A stretch of 64,000 nt of DNA from Escherichia coli (GCF_003334305.1 NZ_QOWS01000024.1); one strand, 5' to 3'. Positions 39,468 through 54,460 are shown, counted from the stretch's first letter. The notes: generated by a model from the sequence alone, not told the origin. Program-made: numbers and translations.

Positions 39468-39487
39468 TATTGGCTGTTTATACAGTA
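39468..39487. promoter_or_regulatory. LexA (SOS) box of dinG, non-canonical left half
   Basis: TATTGGCTGTTTATACAGTA 15 bp upstream of dinG ATG. Confidence 0.7.
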
Positions 39488-39501
39488 TTTCAGGTTTTCT
39501 C

Positions 39502-41652
39502 ATGGCATTAACCGCCGCGCTTAAAGCGCAAATTGCCGCCTGGTATAAGGCGCTTCAGGAACAGATCCCCGACTTTATTCCCCGTGCGCCGCAGCGGCAG
39601 ATGATTGCGGACGTCGCCAAAACGCTGGCCGGAGAAGAAGGGCGGCATCTGGCGATTGAAGCCCCCACCGGCGTTGGGAAAACGCTCTCCTATTTGATCC
39701 CCGGCATCGCCATTGCCCGCGAAGAGCAAAAAACGCTGGTGGTGAGTACCGCCAACGTGGCGTTGCAGGATCAGATTTACAGCAAAGATTTACCGCTGCT
39801 GAAAAAGATCATTCCCGATCTTAAATTCACTGCCGCTTTTGGGCGTGGGCGCTACGTTTGCCCGCGTAATCTGACGGCGCTCGCCAGCACTGAGCCCACG
39901 CAACAGGATCTGCTGGCGTTTCTTGACGACGAACTGACGCCAAATAATCAGGAAGAGCAAAAACGTTGTGCGAAGCTGAAGGGCGATCTCGACACTTATA
40001 AATGGGATGGTCTGCGCGATCATACTGATATCGCTATAGATGACGATCTCTGGCGTCGTTTAAGTACCGACAAAGCCAGCTGCCTCAACCGCAACTGTTA
40101 CTACTATCGTGAATGCCCGTTTTTTGTTGCTCGTCGGGAGATTCAGGAAGCGGAAGTGGTGGTGGCAAACCATGCGCTGGTGATGGCGGCGATGGAAAGC
40201 GAAGCCGTACTACCTGACCCGAAAAATCTGCTGCTGGTGCTGGACGAAGGTCATCACCTGCCAGATGTGGCCCGGGATGCGCTGGAGATGAGTGCCGAAA
40301 TCACCGCGCCCTGGTATCGACTACAGCTGGACTTGTTCACGAAACTGGTCGCTACCTGCATGGAGCAGTTTCGCCCGAAGACCATCCCACCGCTGGCGAT
40401 CCCTGAACGTTTGAATGCGCATTGTGAAGAGTTGTATGAGCTTATCGCCTCGTTAAACAACATTCTCAATCTCTACATGCCTGCCGGGCAGGAGGCAGAG
40501 CACCGTTTTGCGATGGGCGAACTGCCTGATGAAGTGCTGGAGATCTGCCAGCGGCTGGCAAAACTCACCGAGATGCTGCGTGGTCTGGCGGAGTTATTTC
40601 TTAACGATTTAAGTGAGAAAACCGGCAGCCACGATATTGTGCGTCTGCATCGGTTGATTTTGCAGATGAACCGCGCGTTGGGGATGTTCGAGGCGCAAAG
40701 CAAACTCTGGCGGCTGGCGTCTCTGGCGCAATCTTCCGGTGCGCCGGTGACCAAATGGGCGACGCGGGAAGAGCGCGAAGGGCAGCTGCATCTCTGGTTT
40801 CACTGCGTGGGGATACGTGTCAGCGATCAGCTGGAAAGGCTGCTGTGGCGCAGTATTCCGCACATTATTGTTACCTCCGCAACCTTGCGTTCGCTGAATA
40901 GTTTTTCGCGTTTGCAGGAGATGAGTGGTCTGAAAGAGAAAGCGGGCGACCGTTTTGTGGCGCTGGATTCCCCCTTTAACCACTGCGAACAGGGCAAAAT
41001 TGTTATTCCCCGGATGCGCGTTGAGCCTTCCATCGACAACGAAGAGCAGCATATTGCCGAAATGGCGGCCTTTTTCCGTAAGCAGGTGGAGAGCAAAAAA
41101 CATCTCGGTATGTTGGTACTGTTTGCCAGCGGACGGGCGATGCAGCGCTTTCTCGACTATGTGACGGATTTACGCCTGATGCTGCTGGTGCAGGGCGATC
41201 AGCCGCGTTATCGCTTAGTTGAACTGCACCGCAAACGCGTTGCCAACGGTGAGCGTAGTGTGCTGGTGGGCTTACAGTCATTTGCCGAAGGGCTTGATTT
41301 GAAAGGTGATCTGCTCAGCCAGGTGCATATCCACAAAATCGCTTTTCCGCCCATCGACAGCCCGGTGGTGATCACCGAAGGGGAATGGCTGAAAAGCCTC
41401 AACCGCTATCCGTTTGAGGTGCAAAGCCTGCCGAGCGCCTCGTTTAACCTGATTCAGCAGGTTGGGCGACTGATTCGAAGCCACGGTTGCTGGGGCGAAG
41501 TGGTTATCTACGACAAACGCTTGCTGACCAAAAATTATGGCAAGCGACTACTGGATGCATTACCGGTATTTCCGATAGAGCAACCGGAAGTCCCTGAAGG
41601 TATAGTTAAAAAGAAAGAAAAAACGAAATCCCCACGCCGTCGGCGGCGTTAA
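39502..41652 (+). CDS. dinG: DinG, ATP-dependent 5'-3' DNA helicase (Fe-S, XPD family)
   Basis: 716 aa from MALTAALKAQ; ORF track over-extended upstream; Walker A GVGKT, DEGHH. Confidence 0.93.
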   Translation: MALTAALKAQIAAWYKALQEQIPDFIPRAPQRQMIADVAKTLAGEEGRHLAIEAPTGVGKTLSYLIPGIAIAREEQKTLVVSTANVALQDQIYSKDLPLLKKIIPDLKFTAAFGRGRYVCPRNLTALASTEPTQQDLLAFLDDELTPNNQEEQKRCAKLKGDLDTYKWDGLRDHTDIAIDDDLWRRLSTDKASCLNRNCYYYRECPFFVARREIQEAEVVVANHALVMAAMESEAVLPDPKNLLLVLDEGHHLPDVARDALEMSAEITAPWYRLQLDLFTKLVATCMEQFRPKTIPPLAIPERLNAHCEELYELIASLNNILNLYMPAGQEAEHRFAMGELPDEVLEICQRLAKLTEMLRGLAELFLNDLSEKTGSHDIVRLHRLILQMNRALGMFEAQSKLWRLASLAQSSGAPVTKWATREEREGQLHLWFHCVGIRVSDQLERLLWRSIPHIIVTSATLRSLNSFSRLQEMSGLKEKAGDRFVALDSPFNHCEQGKIVIPRMRVEPSIDNEEQHIAEMAAFFRKQVESKKHLGMLVLFASGRAMQRFLDYVTDLRLMLLVQGDQPRYRLVELHRKRVANGERSVLVGLQSFAEGLDLKGDLLSQVHIHKIAFPPIDSPVVITEGEWLKSLNRYPFEVQSLPSASFNLIQQVGRLIRSHGCWGEVVIYDKRLLTKNYGKRLLDALPVFPIEQPEVPEGIVKKKEKTKSPRRRRR

Positions 41653-41679
41653 TGATGTGAGTCAGGTAAGGAGTCGTAA

Positions 41680-42642
<963 letters not shown>

Positions 42643-42648
42643 TTCTTT

Positions 42649-42725
<77 letters not shown>

Positions 42726-42726
42726 A

Positions 42727-43868
<1,142 letters not shown>

Positions 43869-43969
43869 AAAAAGCCCGTCCAGTAACGGACGGGCAAACA
43901 AGGGTAATATAGGATCAATGAGGGTTAGAGCATATGCGTCTGTCGGCAAACAGACAGGGAAATACTTGT

Positions 43970-44092
43970 GCTGGACGTAGCGTAAACGCCTGATCCGTCC
44001 AACGGTTCGGATTTTGTAGGCCTGATAAGACGCGGTAGCGTCGCATCAGGCATCTGTTGCCGGATGCGGCGTAAACGCCTTATCCGTCCTAC
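43970..44092. repeat. REP/BIME cluster between ybiC and ybiJ
   Basis: At least three REP-type palindromes (GTAGGCCTGATAAGACGCGGTAGCGTCGCATCAGGCA, TGCCGGATGCGGCGTAAACGCCTTATCCGTCCTAC and another). Confidence 0.8.
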
Positions 44093-44095
44093 GAA

Positions 44096-44356
44096 TTACT
44101 TATAAATTACCGCAGTACCGCTTAATTTATTGTTGTTGGTGGCGGAAGTGATGCTGTATCCACTGGCACCGGCTGCCGCGGCTTTCTCAGCCAGTTTCGC
44201 TTCCAGGGCATCGAGGGTGGATGCGCCATCGGCAGAAACCACGCCGATTTTATTCATGTTCTGTGCCTGGGATGCCGTTACCGGTTCCGCGGCAAACACG
44301 CCAAATGACAGAGTTGAAAGAGCCATAGCAGCAACAACAGTATTGATAGTTTTCAT
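44096..44356 (-). CDS. ybiJ: YbiJ, DUF1471 (YhcN-family) secreted small protein
   Basis: 86 aa with signal peptide. Confidence 0.88.
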   Translation of the reverse strand: MKTINTVVAAMALSTLSFGVFAAEPVTASQAQNMNKIGVVSADGASTLDALEAKLAEKAAAAGASGYSITSATNNNKLSGTAVIYK

Positions 44357-44620
44357 AATTAATCTCTCGCAGGTGATTTTTGTATAAGTGACGTTGTTTC
44401 GTCGATGTGATGAGTATCACGTTTTTTTACGAGAGATAAAATCGAAGAGAATTGACCGCCTTGTTCAAATAAATTGATTGATATCTAACCTACTGATAAA
44501 CCATTTATTTGTTGTACTTATGAACTTGTTTTATACCGCGTGGCAGTCACAGCAGCGTTAAAGGCACGGAATGCCACGCAAAATACAAATTATACTCGCT
44601 ATGCATCTCGCCAGTTGTAG

Positions 44621-44887
44621 TTAACGTAACTGGCTGTCTTTCGAACCTCTGCGATTATATCCTGTATAAGCTGGTTTTTGTAAATCTTTCTCCTGCTGAC
44701 AATGAATACATAAGCGCACGCCAGGAATGGCTTCCCGACGGGCCTGCGGGATGGGGGCACCGCACTCTTCACATTCATCCAGGCTTTCGCCGCGCGGAAT
44801 TTCACCCCGAGCGCGGGAAATCGCATCTTCAATTGTACTGTTGATCTGTTCGTTGACGGCGTCATCGTTAGCCCAACCGGATGCCAT
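44621..44887 (-). CDS. ybiI: YbiI, DksA/TraR-family C4 zinc-finger protein
   Basis: 88 aa; CEECGAPIP...CIHCQ four-cysteine motif. Confidence 0.88.
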   Translation of the reverse strand: MASGWANDDAVNEQINSTIEDAISRARGEIPRGESLDECEECGAPIPQARREAIPGVRLCIHCQQEKDLQKPAYTGYNRRGSKDSQLR

Positions 44888-44960
44888 ATCGACCTCCCCA
44901 TATCAATACTTGTACAGTTAAGTGTAGCTAATCCAGGGACGAACTCGGGCAGTTCAAGCA

Positions 44961-45638
44961 TCAGATCTCCGACCATTCCCGCAGCAGATTATGATAAAGA
45001 TTAAGCAGCGACAGGATCTCTTCACTTTCGCCGTAGCGGCTTTTCAGCGACTGAATATTGTTGTCCAGTTCAAACAGCATGGCGCGCTTTTTATCATCGC
45101 GGATCATCGACTGGATCCACATAAATGATGCCACTCGTACGCCGCGGGTTACGGGTGTCACGCAATGCAGGCTGCTGGAGGGATACAACACGAGATCGCC
45201 TGCCGGGAGTTTTACCCGATGTTGTCCGAAGGTGTCATTAACGACCAGTTCGCCGCCGTCGTAGCTTTGTGGATCGCTTAAAAACAGCGTGGCAGAAAGG
45301 TCAGTACGCATCCAGCCGTTTTGTGGATGGCTGCGTACTGCGCCATCCACATGGAAACCATAGGTTTCATTGTTCTGATAGCGATTAAACAGCGGCGTGG
45401 AAAGGGTACGCGGCAAGGCCGCGGCAAAGAATAAAGCATGTTGGTTAACCGCGTTCAGCACCTCATTTTGCAGGGCGGCGTATAACGTGCTGCGGGTGTC
45501 GACCTGTTGATTGTTCTTAACTTGCGCACCTTGTGCGCCGGTGGTGACGCGTCCATCCACCCATTCGGCTTGTTCCAGTTGTTCGCGAAACCGGGCGACG
45601 TCCTGTGGCGATAACACGCCGGGAATGTGGTACATCAT
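44961..45638 (-). CDS. ybiX: YbiX, Fe(II)/2-oxoglutarate-dependent (PKHD-type) hydroxylase
   Basis: 225 aa from MMYHIPGVL; HxD...H iron-binding residues apparent. Confidence 0.88.
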
Positions 45639-45679
45639 ACAAGTTCTCCAAAAAGTGGGGCCTGCGCCCCACATCTGAA

Positions 45680-47962
45680 TCAGAAATGCATATTGGCTGT
45701 GAGCAAGAAGGTTCTTGGCTCGCCCGGGTGATAACGGTAGCCGCTCTTGTTGATTGAGGCGACGTAATCGGTATCAAACAGGTTGTAAACGTTTAGCTGG
45801 AAGTCGAGATTGCGATTAACCCGATACCCCAGTTTGGCATCGGCGACCCAGTAACCTTCGGTAAACGCTGGCGTTCCCACCGCGCCGTCTGAACCTTTAT
45901 GCATACTGCCGATATAGCGTGCGCCCGCGCCAACAGAGATATCATCGGTTGCCTGATACTGGCTCCATAAGGTGAAGGCGTGCTCCGGGGTATACGGCAG
46001 CGATGAGGAACCATCCTGGGCAACATCTTTGCCGTTTTTGATGGTTGCTTTTTGCTGGGTATAGCCGCCAATCACCTGCCACGCGGGAGTGATATTCCCG
46101 GCCACGGATATCTCATAGCCTTCGACACGTTTCTTACCGTATTGCGAGTAAGTTCCGTCATCATTTTGCTCAACTTCATTTTCGATATCAGTACGGAATA
46201 GCGCGGCGGTGAGCAACAGGCGTTTATCCAGAACCTGCCATTTGGTGCCAATCTCGCTGGTGTTGGCTTTTTGCGGTTTAAAATCGGTGCGGTTGGCACT
46301 GTTACCGCTGCCAGACTGCGCAAGGGCGAAGTTGTTGCCGCCCGGAGGCTGCTGGGAAACGGCATAGTTAATATAGACATTACCGTTTTCCGTCAGGTGA
46401 TACAGCGCCCCGGCTTTCCAGTTCACCAGATTGCCCGACTTGGCGGTGTCGACGGTGGTGACCGGAGAACCTTTTGCCACACCAGTTGGGCAGGTGATGG
46501 CACCGCGTCCGCTGCCGCCGCAGGCGGTGGCACTGTCATATTCAGTATGATAATTATCCAGACGGATCCCGCCGTTCAGCTCAAAATCACGGGTGATTTG
46601 CAGCGTATCGAAGGCGTAAATTGCGAAGGTATCCGTCTGACCATTGGCGTTTGCGCCGTTGCGCGTCAGGCCGCCGGGATGAATGCTGCTGTCAGGATGA
46701 TAAATATTTACCGCGGGTAACGTCACCGGATTAACGCCGTAGTTAGTCTGCGTTTCACGGGTAAATTCCACGCCGGTACTGACATCATGACCGATAGAAC
46801 CGGTATAGAACGTCGAGGTCAGGTTGGTCTGGTTGGTGAGAATTTTATTACTCACATCTTTGGTATTCGCCGTGCGTGACCAGGTCCAGCTATTCACATC
46901 GCTGGTGGGCTGAGTAATATTCGACGCCCCGCCCATAATCGCCGTCATCAGGTAATCCTGCTTTACGCGCGACCAACGGGTAGTATTGCGAATGGTGGTG
47001 TTATCGTTGATGTCGTGCTCAAAACGCATGGTGGCGGTGTCGGTGGTCGAATCGTCGTAATCGGAATCCGTGCCGTAAAAGTTATGAGTATCAACTTTTC
47101 CGGAATGATTCAGAGCCGCTGTTCCCGCAGATGGGGCAGAATAACCCGGCAAACCGATGGTCGGAATGCCGCCGTCTGGCGTGTTGTGCTGGGTGACATG
47201 CAGATAATTAAGATACAAACGATTCGCTGTACCAAGGCCAAAAGCGATAGAAGGGGCGACGCCGTAACGCTCATTTTTGACTTTGTCGCGTCCGGCATCG
47301 TGCGTTTTTTCGCCCATCACATTCAGGCGCACCGCAGTGGTATCACCAATGACCTGATTGACGTCCAGCGTGCCGCGGCGGAACCAGGCGCTGCCAATAC
47401 TGGCGGAGGCGTCAATGCCGGAATCATTGCGCGGCTGCTTGCTGATCATATTGATCGAGCCCGTCGGCGCGCTGCGCCCGTAGTCGGTGCCGGAAGGCCC
47501 TTTAATCACTTCGACCTGCTCAGTATTGAAGGTGTCGCGCGAGACGCTGCCGATATCGCGAATGCCATCAATATAAATACTGTTAGAGGTATCAGCACCG
47601 CGCATATAAATGGCGTCGCCAGTGGTGGAGTTACCGTTCTCACCCGCAAAAAACGCACCCACGCCGGGGACGTTTTTGAGCGCGTCGGTAAGGTTGGTTG
47701 CGCCCTGATCTTTAATCACTTGTTCAGAAATCACCGTCATCGTGCGGGTAGTATCCGCTACCGGACGCGAGAATTTCGGATCGGCAGATTGTTGTGGCGC
47801 ATAAAGCGAAGGCGTTGATGCTTCGACAACCAGCGTGTCATCCGCGTTAGTTTGCCCTTCGGCGGCGAGTGCCTGAGCCACAGGCGTGATGCCAATACAA
47901 AGACCGGCAAAGAACGTGAGCGAATGAAATTGTCTGGCAGGGAAATTGCGATTGTTTTCCAT
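45680..47962 (-). CDS. fiu: Fiu, TonB-dependent catecholate-siderophore outer-membrane receptor
   Basis: 760 aa; signal peptide, TonB-dependent receptor plug and barrel, C-terminal aromatic residue. Confidence 0.95.
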
Positions 47963-48065
47963 TTTGCAGGTGACTTTTTTTATATGTTGAAATTTTCACT
48001 GCCACGAGAAAGCCTCTCTGCGGATGCGATGCCACTGTTAATCTCGTGATAGTGTTCGTGCAAGT

Positions 48066-48090
48066 GATAATAATTTTGATAAGCATTATC
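48066..48090. promoter_or_regulatory. Fur box in fiu promoter
   Basis: GATAATAATTTTGATAAGCATTATC, overlapping GATAAT-type hexamers about 105-130 bp upstream of fiu start. Confidence 0.75.
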
Positions 48091-48225
48091 ACTTGGCGCG
48101 ATTTTCTATCACCCATTGCGCGAAAAAGAAATACATTTATTTACATTGCGTTCATATTTGATGTTTTTTGATTACAAAACAGGCGAAAACTGCATCCAGA
48201 GGCGAATGCAGTTACGTTGGTGGGG

Positions 48226-48486
48226 TTATTTGTAGATGGTTGCAGTACCGAACATCTGGTCATTTCCGCCTGCGGAATTAATGACATAACCTTTCGCGCC
48301 TTGCTCGCGCGCTTTTTCTGCCAGTTTATCCTCCAGATCGCTTAGGTTTGATGCGCCAGTTGCCGAAACGGTACCGGCGGGCCGTAGCTGACCGCTGTCC
48401 AGGTTACTCATCGGTTGCGCGGCATAAGCCGTGAGAGAGATTCCGCTCAGGACGGTGGCAATCAGTAGTGTGAGGCACTTTTTCAT
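48226..48486 (-). CDS. mcbA: McbA (YbiM), DUF1471 (YhcN-family) periplasmic protein
   Basis: 86 aa from MKKCLTLLIATVLSG; ORF track over-extended. Confidence 0.85.
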   Translation of the reverse strand: MKKCLTLLIATVLSGISLTAYAAQPMSNLDSGQLRPAGTVSATGASNLSDLEDKLAEKAREQGAKGYVINSAGGNDQMFGTATIYK

Positions 48487-48761
48487 AATGACATCCTCAT
48501 AAATACAACGGGTAGTGCCTGATAAGTGTAGGTCGCCTGGGCGATGAAAATGACGCAAAAAATTGACAGAGATGTGCTTATTTTTTGAACGATATATTTT
48601 TACAAAATAAGACAAATCAATGACATGCATAATGCTGATTTTTATGATGAATTGCCATAAACCATAGCCATGTTAAGGTTTTGGGGAATGATAAACGCAG
48701 CCAGATATTTACCCTGTCGCGTTATGCGGGTATCTTACGCCGCTGCTTAAAGGAGAATGCT

Positions 48762-49688
48762 ATGTCCGCCCAGAAACCGGGGTTGCATCCGCGCAACCGT
48801 CATCACAGCCGCTACGATCTCGCCACGCTTTGTCAGGTCAATCCTGAACTCAGGCAATTCCTCACGCTTACACCCGCCGGGGAGCAAAGCGTAGACTTTG
48901 CCAATCCGCTGGCGGTGAAGGCGCTCAATAAGGCGTTGCTGGCCCATTTTTACGCCGTAGCGAACTGGGAAATCCCCGACGGTTTTCTCTGCCCACCAGT
49001 ACCGGGCCGGGCGGATTATATTCATCACCTTGCCGATTTACTGGCTGAAGCAAGCGGAACAATTCCAGCGAATGCCAGCATTCTGGATATCGGCGTTGGT
49101 GCGAACTGTATTTATCCGCTGATTGGCGTACATGAATATGGCTGGCGTTTTACCGGTAGTGAAACCAGCAGCCAGGCGTTAAGCAGTGCGCAGGCGATTA
49201 TCAGTGCTAATCCGGGGCTTAACCGCGCCATTCGTCTGCGTCGGCAAAAAGAGAGTGGGGCAATTTTTAACGGCATCATCCATAAAAACGAGCAATACGA
49301 CGCGACCTTGTGTAACCCGCCATTCCACGATTCCGCCGCTGCAGCGCGGGCAGGTAGTGAGCGTAAACGCCGTAACCTGGGGCTGAACAAAGACGATGCA
49401 CTGAACTTTGGTGGTCAGCAACAGGAGTTGTGGTGTGAAGGTGGTGAAGTCGCCTTTATCAAAAAGATGATTGAAGAGAGCAAAGGCTTCGCGAAGCAGG
49501 TGATGTGGTTTACCTCGCTGGTATCTCGTGGTGAAAACTTACCGCCGTTGTATCGTGCTCTGACCGACGTGGGCGCGGTGAAGGTGGTAAAAAAAGAGAT
49601 GGCCCAGGGGCAAAAGCAGAGTCGCTTTATTGCCTGGACCTTTATGAACGACGAGCAGCGCCGCCGTTTTGTTAATCGCCAACGTTAA
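48762..49688 (+). CDS. rlmF: RlmF, 23S rRNA m6A1618 methyltransferase
   Basis: 308 aa from [15 protein letters not shown]; NPPF methyltransferase motif. Confidence 0.9.
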   Translation: MSAQKPGLHPRNRHHSRYDLATLCQVNPELRQFLTLTPAGEQSVDFANPLAVKALNKALLAHFYAVANWEIPDGFLCPPVPGRADYIHHLADLLAEASGTIPANASILDIGVGANCIYPLIGVHEYGWRFTGSETSSQALSSAQAIISANPGLNRAIRLRRQKESGAIFNGIIHKNEQYDATLCNPPFHDSAAAARAGSERKRRNLGLNKDDALNFGGQQQELWCEGGEVAFIKKMIEESKGFAKQVMWFTSLVSRGENLPPLYRALTDVGAVKVVKKEMAQGQKQSRFIAWTFMNDEQRRRFVNRQR

Positions 49689-51907
49689 AGCGTTGGCTCC
49701 CCCGGCGGCGGTTCAGCCGGGGCCGCGCCCGGAGCAGGCAGCACCTGATAAGTCTGCACTGGCGCGCGAACGCCCGCCAGGTCGAAATGTTTTTTCACCT
49801 GGCTGTCGAGGGCAAAGCGTACCGTCCACTGTTTGAGTGGCAGCGTGGTGAACGAAACACGCAGTGTAAACGCGGTATTGCTTAAGCCGACAATCCCGGC
49901 AAAATTCGGTTCACCAATAATCAGCCCGCGAATTTCTTCGTTTTCCATCAATTCCGCTACCGCATCTTTCAGTGCCTGATTGGCTTTATCAGCATCTTCA
50001 TGGCGATCAACATCGTAGTTTGCCACTACCGAACCAATACCGCGGACGAAGTTAGCAAAGGTGGTTATCGAAGACCACGGAATGATGTGATACGCCCCGG
50101 TATCCTGGCGCACGCCCACGGAGCGAATCGACATCCGTTCCACTGTGCCGGTCAACGGCCCGATAGTTACCAAATCTCCAGTGTTCATGCCGTTTTCAAA
50201 CTGAATAAATACCCCGGTGATAATATCTTTCACCAGCGTTTGCGAACCAAACGAGATAGCCAGACCTAATGCCCCGGCACCTGCCAGCAATGGCGCGATA
50301 TTGACGCCGATTTCCGACAACACAATCATGATGGTGATGGTACTGATAATCACCGCCAGCGCGTTACGGAACAGCGTCAGCAGGGTACGCGTACGGGCGC
50401 TGGGTAGCGGGCGGCCATGAATATCCGAAGCCAGCCGGTTTTCGATCAAACTGGCGAGCACCGTCCAGCCAACCGCCGAGAAAAAAAGAATAAGTGCGAT
50501 ACGGATCAGGATATCTACGGTTTTCTGCCCCGCGCCGTTTTGCAGCCAGTTCCAGAAATCGAACAATCCCCATGCGCTCAACAGCAACATTACCGCCACG
50601 CAGACGGTCAGAATACGCGCCGTTTTCAGCGCCGCCGAAAGCCAGCCATTCAGCCGTTTTTGCAACTCTGGATAGTTACGCTGAGTATGTGGCGAGAGAG
50701 TGATGGTTTTTGCCAGCCAGCGGGAAAACATACCGGAAACAAACGCTGCAATACCAATAATCGCCAGGCTGCGCACCGTTGCACCCATCATAAATTTCAG
50801 GCTGTTGCCCGGATCGAACAACGAAAAGAAAAACAGCACGATAAAATAGGCGCTTGCCAGCCAGTGCCACACCAGCGCAAAGGCGCGGATAAACAGGCTG
50901 AAAAAGGCCAGCGAATGCTCCGCAAAGTTGAGCAAATGCTGGGTAATCTCTTTTTTATTACGAAAGATCAGGTACAACGCCCAGACGGTCATGCACAGCA
51001 TAATGATGACGTTCGCCAGCGCACCTATCTGTACATTCACCTGATTAGAGATAATCGGCACGGCCACAATCAGGCCATAACCTATCAAACTGCTTAACCA
51101 GCTCAGGCGACGACTCCAGTAACGGGCGCTCTCGTCCTGAATCGTGAACGGGCGCAGTTCAGCCACGTTTGGGCAAAAAATCAGGCGTAGTACGGCTTTG
51201 AAAAATTCAATCAGGGCAAAGGCGTTGAGAAACAAACTTTGTTGGAAAGCGATGGTGCGACTGCCCGCATTCAGGTTGTCGCTTAATACCTGGCCGACAA
51301 ACAATGTCAGTGCCAGTAACAGTAGGTCGATAATAAACGCCCCGATAATCATCGCCGGAAGCTGCAGCCAGTTGCTGCGTTCGCGATTTTTTTGCCGCGC
51401 CCACTGGCCCATTTTGCGATACAGCGGCAGTGCGCACAGACGAATCAGCCAGTAAAAACCAAACACTAATACCGCTAACATTGAAAAATGGGTCAACGCA
51501 TTGCTGAAGGTTTGTGGATTAAACGGCTTATGCGGGGAGCCGGTGATATTGCGATAAAGTTGTCCGAAACGGGCGGAAAGGGCTTCACCATAATGGCGGC
51601 TGACTTCGGTGACCTTTTGCAGCACGGTTTGCTCTTCAACCAGCGTCGGCGGCACGATCTTCGGGACCGGTTCCGCAGGGGGCGTCGCGGCGACAGTACG
51701 CAACTGGTCGATCAATTCTTTACGCGAGGTGTCGTTATCCAGCACATCCGCCAGTGCGCCATAGGCCGCTTTTTTTTGTTCGATATCCGGTTCCGGGGCC
51801 GGTTCAGTCGTTGAGTCCGTTGTCGTTGTGGTTGTAACGCCGGGTATGGATACCGCGTGGGCAGGTGCGCCCAGCAGGCAGAAGAGGATGAACAGGATCC
51901 ACCGCAT
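49685..51907 (-). CDS. ybiO: YbiO, MscS-family mechanosensitive channel with large N-terminal domain
   Basis: 741 aa from MRWILFILF; signal peptide, multiple TMs, MscS-like C-terminal domain. Confidence 0.9.
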   Translation of the reverse strand: MRWILFILFCLLGAPAHAVSIPGVTTTTTTDSTTEPAPEPDIEQKKAAYGALADVLDNDTSRKELIDQLRTVAATPPAEPVPKIVPPTLVEEQTVLQKVTEVSRHYGEALSARFGQLYRNITGSPHKPFNPQTFSNALTHFSMLAVLVFGFYWLIRLCALPLYRKMGQWARQKNRERSNWLQLPAMIIGAFIIDLLLLALTLFVGQVLSDNLNAGSRTIAFQQSLFLNAFALIEFFKAVLRLIFCPNVAELRPFTIQDESARYWSRRLSWLSSLIGYGLIVAVPIISNQVNVQIGALANVIIMLCMTVWALYLIFRNKKEITQHLLNFAEHSLAFFSLFIRAFALVWHWLASAYFIVLFFFSLFDPGNSLKFMMGATVRSLAIIGIAAFVSGMFSRWLAKTITLSPHTQRNYPELQKRLNGWLSAALKTARILTVCVAVMLLLSAWGLFDFWNWLQNGAGQKTVDILIRIALILFFSAVGWTVLASLIENRLASDIHGRPLPSARTRTLLTLFRNALAVIISTITIMIVLSEIGVNIAPLLAGAGALGLAISFGSQTLVKDIITGVFIQFENGMNTGDLVTIGPLTGTVERMSIRSVGVRQDTGAYHIIPWSSITTFANFVRGIGSVVANYDVDRHEDADKANQALKDAVAELMENEEIRGLIIGEPNFAGIVGLSNTAFTLRVSFTTLPLKQWTVRFALDSQVKKHFDLAGVRAPVQTYQVLPAPGAAPAEPPPGEPTL

Positions 51908-52023
51908 GACTCCTCCAGTGAGAAAACAGAGCAAAAAGATAAGTATAGATGCTGGGGGAGGGGCGATTTTAAATGAGAGGAATCTGGTGTGCCTCCCTTT
52001 CGGGTGAAAGGGAGGCAGAGAAG

Positions 52024-52746
52024 TTAAGAGACGTGCTGCAAAAATTCCTGCAAGCGCTGGCTCGGCGGGTTCTTGATCAATACCTGCGGATCGCCATCTT
52101 CCGCAATCCGGCCTTTGTCGATAAAGATCAGCCGCGAAGCTACTTTCTCGGCAAAACCGATTTCGTGGGTCACGATCACCATCGTCATCCCTTCTTCAGC
52201 CAGATCCTGCATAACCTTCAGCACTTCATGGCGCAGTTCCGGGTCAAGAGCGGAAGTCGGTTCATCAAACAGCATCATTTTCGGCTTCACCGCCAGCGCG
52301 CGGGCAATCGCCACACGCTGCTGTTGACCACCAGAAAGTTCGGAAGGGTAGTGATGTGCACGTTCTGCCAGACCGACTTTCGCCAGCAGCTCACGCGCCA
52401 GTTTTTCCGCCTCTTCTTTGTTCGCGCCACGCACGCGTAGCGGACCAAACATGACGTTTTCCAGCGCCGTCAGATGCGGGAAGAGGTAAAACTGCTGGAA
52501 CACCATACCCGCTTCCTGGCGAATCAGGCGCTCGTCAACTTTCGGATCGTTAACCTTCAGGCCATCGACAATCAGATCGCCGGAGGTGATTTCTTCCAGT
52601 TTGTTGATGCAGCGCAGCAGGGTCGATTTACCGGAACCGGACGGCCCGATAATCACCACGACTTCGCCCTGAGCAATGTTCAAATCGATATTGTGCAGCA
52701 CCTGGGTTGGACCAAAATGCTTGGAGACGTTTTTAAATTCAATCAC
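52024..52746 (-). CDS. glnQ: GlnQ, glutamine ABC transporter ATPase
   Basis: 240 aa; Walker [10 protein letters not shown]. Confidence 0.95.
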
Positions 52747-53402
52747 AGGATTTTCATCCTTCTTTCCAGACGACGCAGAATAAAGCTCAGCACCAGGGTA
52801 ATAATCAGATAGAACACCGCCACGGCGCTCCAGATCTCAAGGGCGCGGAAGTTACCGGCAATAATTTCTTGCCCCTGACGGGTCAGTTCCGCCACGCCGA
52901 TAACAATAAACAGCGAGGTGTCTTTAATGCTGATGATCCACTGGTTACCCAGCGGCGGCAGCATACGACGCAGTGCCAGCGGTAAAATGACGTAGCGAAT
53001 GGTTTCCCAACGTGAAAGACCGAGCGCCAGTCCTGCTTCACGAAAACCTTTGTGAATAGACAGCACCGCACCACGCGTGATTTCCGCAATGTACGCGCCG
53101 GAGTTGATCATGATGGTGACCACCGCCGCAGTAAATGGGTCGATGCGTAAGTCGTTAAACGCCATCGGCAGGGCGAAATAGATAAACATCACCTGGACGA
53201 CGATAGGTGTGCCGCGGATCACTTCAATAAAGACCAGCGCGACGTGGTTGGCTATCCAACCACCGAAGGTGCGTGCAAAACCTGCCAGCAATCCGATTAC
53301 CAGACCGCCTGCCAGACCGAGGACCGAAATCCACAGGGTCATTTTGGCACCTTCAATCAGAAGCGGAATGGCAGGCCAGATGGCACTCCAGTCAAACTGC
53401 AT
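52743..53402 (-). CDS. glnP: GlnP, glutamine ABC transporter permease
   Basis: 219 aa; overlaps glnQ start. Confidence 0.95.
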
Positions 53403-53486
53403 ATGTTGTTCCTGTTACCGTGGTGTAAATAATCAAATTCAGGGTAATTAATGGCCCCGGAGCGGGTTTGCGCCCCTCACCCTAAT

Positions 53487-53507
53487 CCTCTCCCCATAGG
53501 GGAGAGG
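53487..53507 (-). terminator. Intercistronic stem-loop between glnH and glnP
   Basis: Perfect 9-bp inverted repeat CCTCTCCCC-ata-GGGGAGAGG within a GC-rich intergenic repeat. Confidence 0.55.
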
Positions 53508-53540
53508 GAACTGCCAGTGCGTTTTACAGGTGTAGCGTTA

Positions 53541-54302
<762 letters not shown>

Positions 54303-54341
54303 CTATCCACGGGACGATCCCCTGCGTGACATTCACATATA

Positions 54342-54357
54342 TGAAAAAATCGTGCCA
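54342..54357 (-). promoter_or_regulatory. sigma54-type promoter (glnHp2)
   Basis: Reverse strand reads TGGCAC-GATTT-TTTCA (-24 GG / -12 TC-variant). Confidence 0.6.
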
Positions 54358-54430
54358 GTTTTGCAACTCCTTGATTTTTCGAGATGCGGCAAAAACGTGA
54401 TGCACGATTTATAGGGCAATACCCTGAAGA

Positions 54431-54460
54431 TGCACCATTCTGGGGCACCAATCTGGTGCG
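54431..54460. promoter_or_regulatory. Two overlapping NtrC enhancer sites upstream of glnH
   Basis: TGCACCA-ttc-TGGGGCA and GCACCA-atc-TGGTGCG, about 90 bp upstream of the sigma54 promoter. Confidence 0.6.

Noticed and set aside
46271-47818. Long antisense ORFs within fiu (149 aa at 46271-46720 and 267 aa at 47015-47818, plus strand)
   Set aside because: Low-complexity Gly/Arg/Ala-rich translations with no start-site context; fiu on the opposite strand gives a complete TonB-dependent receptor.
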